64,000 bases of DNA from Paludibacteraceae bacterium. GTDB lineage: Bacteria; Bacteroidota; Bacteroidia; Bacteroidales; Paludibacteraceae. The position numbers were made by a program, and so were the translations under genes. Below are positions 12,501 to 19,889 of this stretch, one piece after another. Numbering within the stretch: the stretch's first letter is position 1; the number at the start of each line of letters is the position of its first letter. Location: positions 16,388 to 80,387 of the forward strand of contig JAFXPK010000051.1 of NCBI GenBank assembly GCA_017527905.1. The letters are read 5' to 3'. The notes under the pieces were generated by a model. The model was not told the origin of the DNA and did not search any database. It saw nothing but the letters and a program-made list of their open reading frames with translations.

Positions 12501-12913
12501 CGCACACGACGTTTGTCATGCGTGCACATCCAATAGCCGTCGAACGTCGGTTTATCAGCCATATAGGCGGCGGCAAGCAACCCATAGCCGTCCGATTCGG
12601 AAAATTCAGCATAAAAAGGCTCGGCTAACTCGATATATTTTATACCCTCATGCTCTTCACCCGTATACGTGAACTCAAGCGCATGCTGCTGATAAGCCTT
12701 ACGGATAAAATGCTCCATCTCCGCATGAGTGACACCCTCCGGGTTCTTGGTACCTAAGTTTCCGCCACACGCATACTCCAAGAACTGAGGAAACGGATAG
12801 GCGGGATTGCCTGAATTGATATGGACAGGAACGGCGCCCATACTAACCGCTGCAAAAAACAGGAGAGGCAAAAACGCGATTGCCCTCTTTTTAATACTTA
12901 CAATAAAGACCAT
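6548..12913 (-). CDS. 2121-aa secreted protein with two tandem [GH8-like + DUF11-type repeat] units and one T9SS C-terminal sorting domain
   Basis: The track ORF is 6548-13174. I place the start at the ATG at 12913 (MVFIVSIKKRAIAFLPLLFFAAVSMGAVPVHINSG), which gives a signal peptide. GH8-like motifs occur twice: SESDGYGLL/TEGDGYALL, AADGDVDIALALYVAYKQWGE, DYCAPAYYREF, EDFRTPWRTISNYVW and GWFRQ.GLMALTGNYAAP. DUF11-like segments: GDTVTYLLSFRNYGSVDAQNVVIVDTIP. The C-terminus (PYVDVYNMLGIMLKKQVL...GVYVVGDQKMVKAVKD) resembles a T9SS CTD. Confidence 0.85.
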   Translation of the reverse strand: MVFIVSIKKRAIAFLPLLFFAAVSMGAVPVHINSGNPAYPFPQFLEYACGGNLGTKNPEGVTHAEMEHFIRKAYQQHALEFTYTGEEHEGIKYIELAEPFYAEFSESDGYGLLAAAYMADKPTFDGYWMCTHDKRRVRTKRYKDCTDNVPDYRFGEFTIAGISPKDGNGGSYDSAADGDVDIALALYVAYKQWGEFMRNDKGEIVRDACGEPISYKQELINVIRGLVKASVDSTLSPLGNPLRVITGLIGLDGYVKGGNTLGELTNWASQEGNYIQMDGVNIIPAFAGGVQQHTDYCAPAYYREFHDLLDSLSSELGETNAWEAEQFRRGEASSDWLIGDLIGKSDKALPTSGNHTVNKNGDTTSYSSFNTGEDFRTPWRTISNYVWHGNPAYSWNPVTHQVVNGSNSHEYDAAVRLSDFMRDPAHWTDKSVCVTPASPAPCNIPYTGPRAMPLLNNPITGEPVDFYGRHDCMQQGASVFAAIGVQDYDLMGDLYNVIYENMLIEGKSDDGQLIPRYMRGWFRQMGLMALTGNYAAPSQMNPKANLKIYKAVKDSMSYCHTGDTVTYLLSFRNYGSVDAQNVVIVDTIPAGFDFLNADLDGVYDAATHTVKWSLSKLAGFKSDGMEGASIDFSAPNLSKTIGQVSYRCVAKNGAKGRYHSTAEISCSNGSGSKTNDYPNYVTATMQRNHIDVIPNGISLSKTVDVSELSKGDVATFSVNISMDSVPCLTGGRSGVNVTMAKTMESNYQLIMRARLYNDAVEPYIDNGNYRITFFKDLKDVVELRKIIGDLHGTQNGRAKCDNVDEFVFATDTLSDSTYMFTLQFPHTLATSMGYLEQMWDDDYFSCEGTRAPLDFEFGFSVVSPSLEGFDWNSGFSQLLKDENNAEGAYYPISPSFQTSGVSQPVTRYIRSACDEVSDVTETVLVEEFDGYVWRKILGDSPLRNGGLLTLTDTVPLGFEFVSFTDENTSATYHPAEGKPYAGIVTYSLSQDSSSQVSLSYKCRCVANSGQLVWRGSHASDNYASVNSAPSSTTFKLKDVPVEGDPVTVHINSGNPAYPFPQFLEYACGGNLGTNVPEGVSHAEMEKYIREAYQLHANEFAYTGEEYQGIKYIWTPYKAAYDCTEGDGYALLAAAYMADKATFDGYWMCTHDKRRVHTKRYMDCTDNAPNTQYGDLILSDNNPDNSAADGDADVALALYVAYKQWGEFMRNDKGEIVKDACGEPISYKQEMINVIRGLVATSTRFPSETPMRVVSGLIGLDGYVKGGNTWNELTEWASQEKNYIQIGGVAVTPEFVGETRQHTDYCAPAYYREFHDLLDSLSSELGETNAWEAEQFRRGEASSDWLIGNLIGKNEKALPTAGWHTVNNNGDTTSYSPFDASEDFRTPWRTISNYVWHGSPAYSWNPVTHQVESKTNTYEYDAAVRLSDYMRDPAHWTSENSCVTYGNSNLSVTGPKTLSLQIDPMTGAASTVGLYSLLVRQKGAFSFAAIGGQDYDLMGDLFGAIYESCDVAEESRDGRIVPRYMEGWFRQLGLMALTGNYAAPSQMKAQPNLKIYRAVKDSVSYCHVGDTITYLLSYRNYGSVDAQNVLIEESVPDGFIFLDADNGGKYDAATHTVAWTLSKLAGFKSDEMEGASIDFSAPNLSKTIGEVSYRCVAKEDAKGRYQASAEISCSNGVGSKTDGYPNYVTATMQRNAVDVIPTNLSVAKISDVTEVAAGDLVTFNVSLSNDTVPALTGGRLGVNVALAEKKDKTMSTLMLRLYNDAVEPIDYGNYRITVFNGKYRTIPADLFFGDTSRSVDLSYMVEFSEGLPSGNGIVFKDEMLADSSFMRTIQFPHVQAASTTFLSSHFGLSSPLYDGPRSPMRVVINTNDARYNDIDWGTGFSQIPQDEQNGNYYPVTPSYQSSEEPQPVDRLMKSACEEVSTVTENVLVEEFDGYTWRKILGDSPLKGVVAKSVTVTDTITLGFEFVKFMDENTTATYQPASATTNPRPNGRAEASAKALPDGAKNYSGIVTYTLNSMNTGEKNSFSYLCRVVATESDTIRCASHVTSDKESVNSAPLVLYVKEATSLPSVASESPYVDVYNMLGIMLKKQVLREKALDGLMPGVYVVGDQKMVKAVKD

Positions 12914-12960
12914 AACTGAATGTTTTTCGTTTAACTTTCCATATGTAAATTCACAAGTGA

Positions 12961-12968
12961 CAAATATA
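12961..12968 (-). promoter_or_regulatory. -7 box TATATTTG (minus strand)
   Basis: caaatata lies 48 nt upstream of the ATG at 12913. This supports the shorter start. Confidence 0.55.
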
Positions 12969-13164
12969 AACATTGTTTTGTAAAGAATAGCATCGTCATT
13001 AAAAAATTTAAATATTTTTAACGCATATTTTCGCAATATGCTCGTTATAATACAATTAGGCAAGCCGGAACATATCCAGCATATCCATAGATAGACGAGC
13101 TTGGCCAGGAATGTGTCAACGACGCATGGGGGAGTACGCTTTCCGCAAAGGACATCCGGCAGGG

Positions 13165-13197
13165 CAAAAAACAATCAGCACCCATAAGGTGCTGATT
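13165..13197 (-). terminator. Rho-independent terminator of the 13247-16489 gene
   Basis: A 10-bp stem (aatcagcacc / ggtgctgatt) is followed on the minus strand by gtttttt. Confidence 0.65.
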
Positions 13198-13246
13198 GCA
13201 TTTTAATTACAAAAGGATTTACCGCCCACGGCAAAATTTCCACGGA

Positions 13247-16200
13247 TTACTCCTTGTCATTTTTTATCATCTTCTTGTCACCGACCACATAGACGCCCGG
13301 CATCAATCCCTTCAGCGCCTCTATCTCGAGAACATGCTTTCTCACGAGAACGCCTAGGCTGTTATAGACATCCACATACGGATTGTCCGACGGCACAAGG
13401 GAGACCCCTGTAAACTCTTTGTCGACAATGATCAACGATGCGGAGCTGACTGACTCCTTGTCGCTCGTGGCATGGCTTCCGCATGCGATCTTTTTGGCGT
13501 CACCTCCTACATACTTGCATTGATAGGAGAATCCATCCTTCGTGCCCAAGTCCATGCTTCCCGCGGAGTAGGTCACAATACCCGCATAAGGCTTACCATC
13601 AGCAGGTTGGAACGTCGCAGAAGTTTTCTCGTCCGTAAACTTGATGAACTCGAAGCCCAACGGAATGGTGTCGGTCACCGTCACATTCTTCGCCACATCA
13701 CCGTTCACGAACGGGCTATTGCCAAGAATCTTACGCCACACATAGCCATCGAACTCCTCCACCAAGACATTCTTCGTGAGTTTCGACACGCCGTCGCAAG
13801 CCGTCCGCAAGAGGCGGTCCACCGGCTGAGGCTCCTCCGAGGATTGGTAGGAAGGCGTGACAGGGAAATAATAGCCGTCGTCACTGTCAGAATTCAACTG
13901 GGAGAAGCCCGCTTTCCAATCGAGGGACTTCCAACTAGCGTCATAGAAACGAGCCCCCACACGCAACGGGTACCTTGTCCCCTCGCAATTGAACTTAGCG
14001 GCTCCGGCCATCTCGTTCAGGTAATAAGTGGAGGCAGCCAAAGCATGAGGGAATTGCACGGAGAACATACGGGTGCCATCCGCCAAGACCTCATCCTTAA
14101 AGACAAAATCGTTTGCGTTCGAAGCCATCGTCGCACCATTCTGCGTGCCCTCGATCAGGTCGAACGAGCATTGGAGGTCGGTCGCGTCCTTCAAATCCTT
14201 GAAGACCGTGACACGATAGTTACCATTGTCGATGTAAGGCTCCACCGCATCATGGTAGATCTTGAACTTCAGGACATATTGCGCGCCCTTCTCCTCGTCG
14301 GCCACTGCCACGTTGACGTCCGGTCGTCCGCCCGTCAGCCAAGGAATCGTGTCGTTCGAGAGGTTCACGCTGAAGGTGACGACATCGTTCTTCTCCACCT
14401 CCGTGACATCCGACGTCTTCGTGACGGTGAGGTTCGTAGGGATCACCTCAATCAGATTGCGCTGCATCGTCGCCGTGACATAGTTCGGGTAGAGGTTCGT
14501 CTTCGAGCCCAATCCGTTGGCGCAGGAGATCTCAGCGGTGGCCTGGTAGCGACCAGCCGCGCCGCTCTTCGCCACGCATCGGTAAGAGACCGTCCCGATT
14601 GTCTTCGAGAGGTTCGGAGCGGAGAAATCGATCGCCTCGCCCTCCATATTATCGCTCTTCAGACCCGCCAATTGGTCCATGGTCCACGTCAACGTATGGG
14701 TCGCGGCATCGTACGTTCCGCCATTGTCCGCATCCAAGAAATAGAAATCGGTCGGCAACTTCTCAACGATAACGACGCTTTGCGCATCCACAGAACCATA
14801 GTTACGGTAGGAGAGCAGGTAGGTGATGGTATCCCCCACGTGGCAGCAGGACATGCTATCCTTCAGCGCCCTATAGATCTTCAGGTTAGGCTGAGCCTTC
14901 ATTTGGGAAGGCGCAGGATAGTTGCCCGTCAAGGCCATCAAACCCGTTTGACGGAACCATCCGCTCATATAGTTGGAGACCCATTGTTTATCGGTTGTTT
15001 GACCTTTGGCGTCCCAGTTCTCGTAGATCACATTGAACAAGTCGCCCATCAGATCATAATCTTGTGCACCGATTGCGGCGAAAGCGGCGGCGCCCTTCTG
15101 CATACCCAGTGCGGAAGTGTTCGCGTCATCGAGGGTAGCGCCCGTCATCGGATCGATCTGCCAACCCATCATCCTCGGGCCCGAATAAGGGATTTTCTTA
15201 TCACCCTTCGTGTAGCAAGTGGATCCGGATCCCCAATGGGCAGGGTCGCGCATGTAGTCGGACAATTTCACAGCCGCATCGTATTCATATTTGTTCGCAC
15301 CCTCCTCGACTTGGTGGGAGACCGGGTTCCAAGAGTAGTCCGGGTTTCCGTGCCAGACATAGTTGCTGATGGTACGCCAAGGGCAACGATAGTCCTCACC
15401 ATCCTGGAAGTTGGAGTAGGTGGTTATGCTACCGTCACGGTTACAAGTGTTCCAGCCAGCGGTAGGCAAAGAGGTTTTGTTCTTACCGATCAGATCACCG
15501 ATCAGCCAGTCGGAAGAGGCTTCGCCACGGCGGTATTGCTCAGCCTCCCACTCCGCGGTGGCACCGATCTCATCCTTCAGGGAAAGGATCAGGTCGTGGA
15601 ACTCACGGAAATAGGCGGGCGCGCAATAGTCGATATGCTGGCGTTGTCCGCCATCCGAAGCGAACAGAGGATAGACAGGAACACCATTCCATTGGATGTA
15701 GTTGCTCTTCTGCAAAGCCCAGTCCGTCAACTCAGCCCAAGTATCGCCACCCCTCATATAGCCGTCCAGACCGATCAGGCCCGTATTGACGGGGCGAGGG
15801 TTCATCTCAGGGTTACTGGTGCTCATCGCCACCAGGCCACGCACCACATTGATCATCTCCTGCTTATAGCTGATAGGGTTTCCGCAAGCATCCTTGACGA
15901 TCTCACCCTTATCGTTCCGCATGAACTCGCCCCACTGCTTATAGGCGACATAGAGTGCGAGCGCCACATCGACGTCACCGTCCGCCGCCGTGTTGCCGCC
16001 CTCGTCCGCACCGTCACTGATGGCGAATTCACCATACTGATAATTAGGCGCATTATCGGTACAATCCTTGTATCGTTTCGTATGCACGCGACGTTTGTCG
16101 TGCGTGCACATCCAGTAGCCGTCGAACGTCACCTTATCCGCCATGTAGGCGGCGGCCAACAAAGCGTAGCCATCGCCCTCGGAGCAGTCGTAGGCGGCCT

Positions 16201-16489
16201 TGTAAGGGGTCCATATATATTTTATGCCCTCATACTCATCTTTCGTATATTCGAACTCATTCGCGTGCTGTTGGTAAGCCGTACGGATGAGCTGCTCCAT
16301 CTCGGCATGGGTCAGGCCCTCCGGGTTATTCGTTCCCAGGTTTCCGCCACACATATACTCCAAGAACTGGGGGAAAGGATAGGCAGGATTACCCGAGTTG
16401 ATATGGACAGGGACGGCGGCGAAGGAAGCCAACGTCCCGAAGCACAAACCGGCGCACAACGCCAACGATTTCTTTAGATAACGATTCAT
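13247..16489 (-). CDS. 1080-aa secreted GH8-like glycoside hydrolase with DUF11-type repeats and T9SS C-terminal sorting domain
   Basis: The track ORF begins at a GTG at 16498. The first ATG is at 16489 (MNRYLKKSLALCAGLCFGTLASFAAVPVHINSGNPAYPFPQFLEY). GH8-like motifs: SEGDGYALLAAAYM, AADGDVDVALALYVAYKQWGE, DYCAPAYFREF, EDYRCPWRTISNYVW and GWFRQTGLMALTGNYPAP. DUF11-like segment: GDTITYLLSYRNYGSVDAQSVVIVEKLP. CTD-like end: NPYVDVYNSLGVLVRKHVL...GVYVVGDKKMIK. Confidence 0.88.
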   Translation of the reverse strand: MNRYLKKSLALCAGLCFGTLASFAAVPVHINSGNPAYPFPQFLEYMCGGNLGTNNPEGLTHAEMEQLIRTAYQQHANEFEYTKDEYEGIKYIWTPYKAAYDCSEGDGYALLAAAYMADKVTFDGYWMCTHDKRRVHTKRYKDCTDNAPNYQYGEFAISDGADEGGNTAADGDVDVALALYVAYKQWGEFMRNDKGEIVKDACGNPISYKQEMINVVRGLVAMSTSNPEMNPRPVNTGLIGLDGYMRGGDTWAELTDWALQKSNYIQWNGVPVYPLFASDGGQRQHIDYCAPAYFREFHDLILSLKDEIGATAEWEAEQYRRGEASSDWLIGDLIGKNKTSLPTAGWNTCNRDGSITTYSNFQDGEDYRCPWRTISNYVWHGNPDYSWNPVSHQVEEGANKYEYDAAVKLSDYMRDPAHWGSGSTCYTKGDKKIPYSGPRMMGWQIDPMTGATLDDANTSALGMQKGAAAFAAIGAQDYDLMGDLFNVIYENWDAKGQTTDKQWVSNYMSGWFRQTGLMALTGNYPAPSQMKAQPNLKIYRALKDSMSCCHVGDTITYLLSYRNYGSVDAQSVVIVEKLPTDFYFLDADNGGTYDAATHTLTWTMDQLAGLKSDNMEGEAIDFSAPNLSKTIGTVSYRCVAKSGAAGRYQATAEISCANGLGSKTNLYPNYVTATMQRNLIEVIPTNLTVTKTSDVTEVEKNDVVTFSVNLSNDTIPWLTGGRPDVNVAVADEEKGAQYVLKFKIYHDAVEPYIDNGNYRVTVFKDLKDATDLQCSFDLIEGTQNGATMASNANDFVFKDEVLADGTRMFSVQFPHALAASTYYLNEMAGAAKFNCEGTRYPLRVGARFYDASWKSLDWKAGFSQLNSDSDDGYYFPVTPSYQSSEEPQPVDRLLRTACDGVSKLTKNVLVEEFDGYVWRKILGNSPFVNGDVAKNVTVTDTIPLGFEFIKFTDEKTSATFQPADGKPYAGIVTYSAGSMDLGTKDGFSYQCKYVGGDAKKIACGSHATSDKESVSSASLIIVDKEFTGVSLVPSDNPYVDVYNSLGVLVRKHVLEIEALKGLMPGVYVVGDKKMIKNDKE

Positions 16490-16538
16490 AATGGTCACAA
16501 TTTTATACTTATTTAAGCGAGGGAATCATCCCTTTCGG

Positions 16539-17156
16539 TCATTTCAAATAAAGGATGGACTCGGGGCCCATATTGAACAACAGATCCAGCACACTCATGT
16601 CAGGCACGAAGCCGAACTTCTGGTCGAAGACCTGATAATAAGGCCTCAACGGGCGGGTTGGCTCTGTTTTGGGAGAGAAAGCCTCCCGCAAATCTTGGGA
16701 AGAGGGTTCCGTCAGATAATCGTCCGTCAAGGAGAGCTCCGTCTTCAGTCCGATCAGCTCCATCACGACCCGCATCAGCTCCATGTTCAGGTCGATGAGG
16801 AACTCCGTCTTCTTCGTGTAGAAAGGCTCGAAATCATCCTTATAGTATTCAAAGAAAGGCGAAGAATTATACGCCGAAGCGATCGCCCGCCAGTGCACCT
16901 GCTGCCAGTTCTCCACGTAAGCGATCCGCAAATCCTTCACGCACATCTTACCACCCGTATTGATCACCGGCACGGAGAGGTCCATCACCCCGTTGCTCGT
17001 CAGTATCCTACAGCGGTTGCGATAGGTCTGTTTGTGATAATGGTCACATTGCTCGATGCATGCATGGCCGGCCGCAGCGACCGCCTGGTAATAGGAGACG
17101 GGGCCCAAGTAGGCGGAAGAGAGCAAAACAGAACTTTGCATAGCGTCATCTGCCAT
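16539..17156 (-). CDS. WbqC family protein
   Basis: The 205-aa product contains SSAYLGPVSYYQAV...HYHKQTYRNRCRILTSNGVMDLSVPV, which is typical of the WbqC family. Its start overlaps the stop of the upstream gene by 11 nt. Confidence 0.75.
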   Translation of the reverse strand: MADDAMQSSVLLSSAYLGPVSYYQAVAAAGHACIEQCDHYHKQTYRNRCRILTSNGVMDLSVPVINTGGKMCVKDLRIAYVENWQQVHWRAIASAYNSSPFFEYYKDDFEPFYTKKTEFLIDLNMELMRVVMELIGLKTELSLTDDYLTEPSSQDLREAFSPKTEPTRPLRPYYQVFDQKFGFVPDMSVLDLLFNMGPESILYLK

Positions 17157-19020
17157 TTTTATCCTTTTTCTTCTTTTTGGCCAGACCCGACGGGCGTTGC
17201 TGGTACAACGGAGTAGCCATCACGTCCCAACTCTCGGAGACCTCCCAATTGGCACGCACCTTGAAGCTCTTAAAGAAGTAGTAAACATCCTCCGGAAGGA
17301 TGCCTTCCCTATAGTTTCCGGTATCCCAGGCGCCATTCTGGTTCTTGTCCATGACGATCCGCGCGAAATAGGTGCTAGGGTTCAGGTATTCAAACGTGAT
17401 CACATTGCTCGTAATCGGGCAAGAACGCACCACTTCGCTCTTCACGTTCAGCAGTTCAATATAGGCGTTCCCTTGCACATTCGACAAGGAGATGATCACC
17501 TTGCCATAGACTTGTTCGCCCAACACCTTAAACGTCATAGAAAGGGAATCGTTATGGTTACCGTAGAAGTCATATGCGCAGGCAGAATCGATCGCCAGTG
17601 CGAAAGTGCTGTCCGGATGGAACTCGGACGAAGCGAGGAAATACCTCCTGCAATTATTACGCGCGGTATCCTTCACGAGGGTAAATGGCAGCGGTGTACG
17701 CAACGAGTCCTTCGCGTTGTACAGATGAATCTTAGCCGCATCAATGGAAGAGAGCGGTCTTTCCCACTCCAACGTAGGCATTTCGTTGATATTCACCGTA
17801 GAGAAACGAGCGAAATCGAGAAGGTTCGTCCGGCGCAACTTGCGGCTACGTCTCATCGCACGTTTCATTTTCGCCTCCTCCTGTTGGGCATTCTTCAGTT
17901 CGTTCTTCAGGAATGTGGAGGACAAAGCAGCCTTCAGCGTATCCACGCAAGGGATCAAGACCCCCGCAGAGTCCGTTTTCTGGTAAGACACCGTAATCGC
18001 GATCGTATCCTTACGGCACAAATTGCTGTCGGTGATCCAATAAAGGACAGTATCCGCTAACTTATTCGCCTCCACCATAAACCAATTGTCCACGACGGTA
18101 TCCACCAAAGAGATCTTCGGCAGGCTACCCTCCATCTTCTCGAAATAGAGGCTGAACTTATTACGGTCGGAGCGCTCGATTTTCCTGAACTGCTGGAAAT
18201 TGATTTTCTCGTGATAAAGCCTCAACACGATACTATCAGGAGAATACTTGCGCACCTCACGCACGATAATCGTATCGATCTTCATGGAGTCGCCATAGAC
18301 AGTGTCGATTTTCTGATCAACCTTAAGTGTCGGGATCCCAACCTCACTCTCCTGCACGGCAATGCCCTCGGCGGCTTGATCGAAGAAGAAATTGTTGTTC
18401 ATATCCTCAAGCGCGAAGACCCTATATTTCTTCTGGGCCGCGCCTCGAATGCAAAAACGTCCGTCCGCCCGGGTCCTCGCAATGCGTTCAAACGGGCGGC
18501 TGAGGAATGTGGAATCCGCATCGTCGCTGTAGATACCGACCAAAGCACCCTCCACAGGAGAAAGGTCCTCCGCATCCAGCACAATGCCAGAAATGAGCAT
18601 GCTGTCCAACTGGTCTCCCGTGGAAAACGAATAGAGGAAATCGGACACGAGGTTGTTCTCCGTAAAGTCTCCGATGGAATTGCCGAAATCAAAGGTATAG
18701 GTGGTGTTGGGCTGTAACGAGTCACGCAATTCCACAACAATTTTCTTTCCTATCGCCTTGGCGGAAGGATTCACTCTTTGAGGAGGAGAGACCGTCAGGT
18801 TCTTAAACGGATCATTCAGCTGGAGATATTCATCGAATTGAATCTCCACCCGCTTACTATTCACATTCAAAGCCCCATTCTTAGGCTTGCTACCCAAACA
18901 GGTCGGAGGCACGGAATCCGACTTTCCTCCCGTCGGACCTTGCGCCATGTTCGCACATGCGCCCATTAGCATAAGCAGCATGGCCGACAACCACAGATGT
19001 ATAACGTTCTTTCTATCCAT
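17146..19020 (-). CDS. Ig-like (Big_5/SbsA-like) domain lipoprotein, function unknown
   Basis: The 624-aa product has a signal peptide with a lipobox-like LMGAC. The N-terminal SKPKNGALNVNSKRVEIQFDEYLQL resembles bacterial Ig-like domains. The gene is conserved next to WbqC in Bacteroidales as far as I recall. Confidence 0.65.
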   Translation of the reverse strand: MDRKNVIHLWLSAMLLMLMGACANMAQGPTGGKSDSVPPTCLGSKPKNGALNVNSKRVEIQFDEYLQLNDPFKNLTVSPPQRVNPSAKAIGKKIVVELRDSLQPNTTYTFDFGNSIGDFTENNLVSDFLYSFSTGDQLDSMLISGIVLDAEDLSPVEGALVGIYSDDADSTFLSRPFERIARTRADGRFCIRGAAQKKYRVFALEDMNNNFFFDQAAEGIAVQESEVGIPTLKVDQKIDTVYGDSMKIDTIIVREVRKYSPDSIVLRLYHEKINFQQFRKIERSDRNKFSLYFEKMEGSLPKISLVDTVVDNWFMVEANKLADTVLYWITDSNLCRKDTIAITVSYQKTDSAGVLIPCVDTLKAALSSTFLKNELKNAQQEEAKMKRAMRRSRKLRRTNLLDFARFSTVNINEMPTLEWERPLSSIDAAKIHLYNAKDSLRTPLPFTLVKDTARNNCRRYFLASSEFHPDSTFALAIDSACAYDFYGNHNDSLSMTFKVLGEQVYGKVIISLSNVQGNAYIELLNVKSEVVRSCPITSNVITFEYLNPSTYFARIVMDKNQNGAWDTGNYREGILPEDVYYFFKSFKVRANWEVSESWDVMATPLYQQRPSGLAKKKKKDKNGR

Positions 19021-19037
19021 TCTTCAGCAAATTAGCG

Positions 19038-19045
19038 CAAAGATA
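19038..19045 (-). promoter_or_regulatory. -7 box TATCTTTG (minus strand)
   Basis: caaagata lies 18 nt upstream of the ATG at 19020. Confidence 0.4.
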
Positions 19046-19050
19046 GCAAT

Positions 19051-19230
19051 AAGAATTAAGAATTAAGAATTAAGAGTTAAGAGTTTTTGAATCGTTGATT
19101 CGACATGGTAGGGACAAATAACATTCATCCTTTCCCCAATTAAGAATTAAAGCTAGTTCGACGTAGTCATTTTTGAAACGTTGCTCGACTGATTCTAAAT
19201 TTTTAACTCTTAATTTTTAACTTTTAATTC
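19051..19230. repeat. MITE/REP-like intergenic element, locus B (short variant)
   Basis: The left end is aagaattaagaattaagaattaagagttaagag and the right end is ctcttaatttttaacttttaattc. The two ends form imperfect terminal inverted repeats built from TTAAGAA-like heptamers. Internally, agttcgacgtagtcatttttgaaacgtt matches the 28-bp unit seen at 26746-27218. Confidence 0.6.
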
Positions 19231-19239
19231 AAAAACCAT

Positions 19240-19247
19240 TATCTTTG
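19240..19247 (+). promoter_or_regulatory. -7 box TATCTTTG
   Basis: It lies 36 nt upstream of the ATG at 19283. Confidence 0.5.
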
Positions 19248-19282
19248 CGTCATAATAACATACTTGTTTAATTTGCACCATC

Positions 19283-19873
19283 ATGTGGAAAGATTTCTTA
19301 TTTTTCTCGAAAGGAGAACGGAACGGGCTATTGGTTTTAGCCTGCTTGATACTACTAATGTTCGCTGTAAACTTCTGCATCCCCTCCCAAGCGACGATGC
19401 CAAGCGAAGTGGAACAAATCAAAGAACAGACAGAAAGCCTATTGGCGGAGGAAAACGACACGTCACTTTCCTTCCTCAGAGAGCCGCACCGACGCTGGGC
19501 GGACACAGGGGACAAACGTCCCCAACAATACCACGCGAAACAAAGGCATGAGCCCACCCATACCAAACAAGGACGCCCCCAAAAGGAGGGAGGGAAAACA
19601 TTCGCCCCGCAATCCCCCAAAAACAGGGAATACGAAAAGCTGAGAATCGAACTGAACAGCGCGGATACCACAACGCTGAAGCAACTTCGGGGAATAGGCA
19701 GCAAACTCTCCCTGCGAATCGTGAAATACAGGAAGAAAATCGGAGGATTCACCCACAAGGAGCAACTGAAGAATATCTACGGATTATCGGAAGAAACTTA
19801 CCAAAACATCTTGCCCCACGTATGGGTGGACACCACCGCCAGAAACACGGAAGCACCATCCGAGAGTGAGTAG
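19283..19873 (+). CDS. ComEA-like helix-hairpin-helix DNA-binding protein
   Basis: There is an N-terminal TM segment. The C-terminal region LNSADTTTLKQLRGIGSKLSLRIVKYRKKIGGFTHKEQLKNIYGLSEETYQNI is a tandem HhH typical of ComEA. Confidence 0.75.
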   Translation: MWKDFLFFSKGERNGLLVLACLILLMFAVNFCIPSQATMPSEVEQIKEQTESLLAEENDTSLSFLREPHRRWADTGDKRPQQYHAKQRHEPTHTKQGRPQKEGGKTFAPQSPKNREYEKLRIELNSADTTTLKQLRGIGSKLSLRIVKYRKKIGGFTHKEQLKNIYGLSEETYQNILPHVWVDTTARNTEAPSESE

Positions 19874-19889
19874 GGAAACCGGTCAGGGA

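Noticed and set aside
12914-13174. 87-codon N-terminal extension of the track ORF 6548-13174
   Set aside because: The extension (MFFALPDVLCGKRTPPCVVD...) has no counterpart in the paralogs and overlaps the upstream terminator. The ATG at 12913 gives a standard signal peptide and has a -7 box 48 nt upstream.
13472-16477. 1001-aa plus-strand ORF, the second-longest ORF on the plus strand in the track
   Set aside because: It is antisense to the GH8-like gene 13247-16489. Its translation is Arg/His/Leu/Val-rich low-information sequence with no recognisable motif, whereas the minus-strand product has a signal peptide, GH8 blocks and a CTD. It is a shadow ORF.
19210-19758. 182-aa minus-strand ORF overlapping the ComEA-like gene
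   Set aside because: The plus-strand product has the diagnostic tandem HhH motif and a promoter. The minus-strand ORF is Cys/Ser/Phe-rich with no features.
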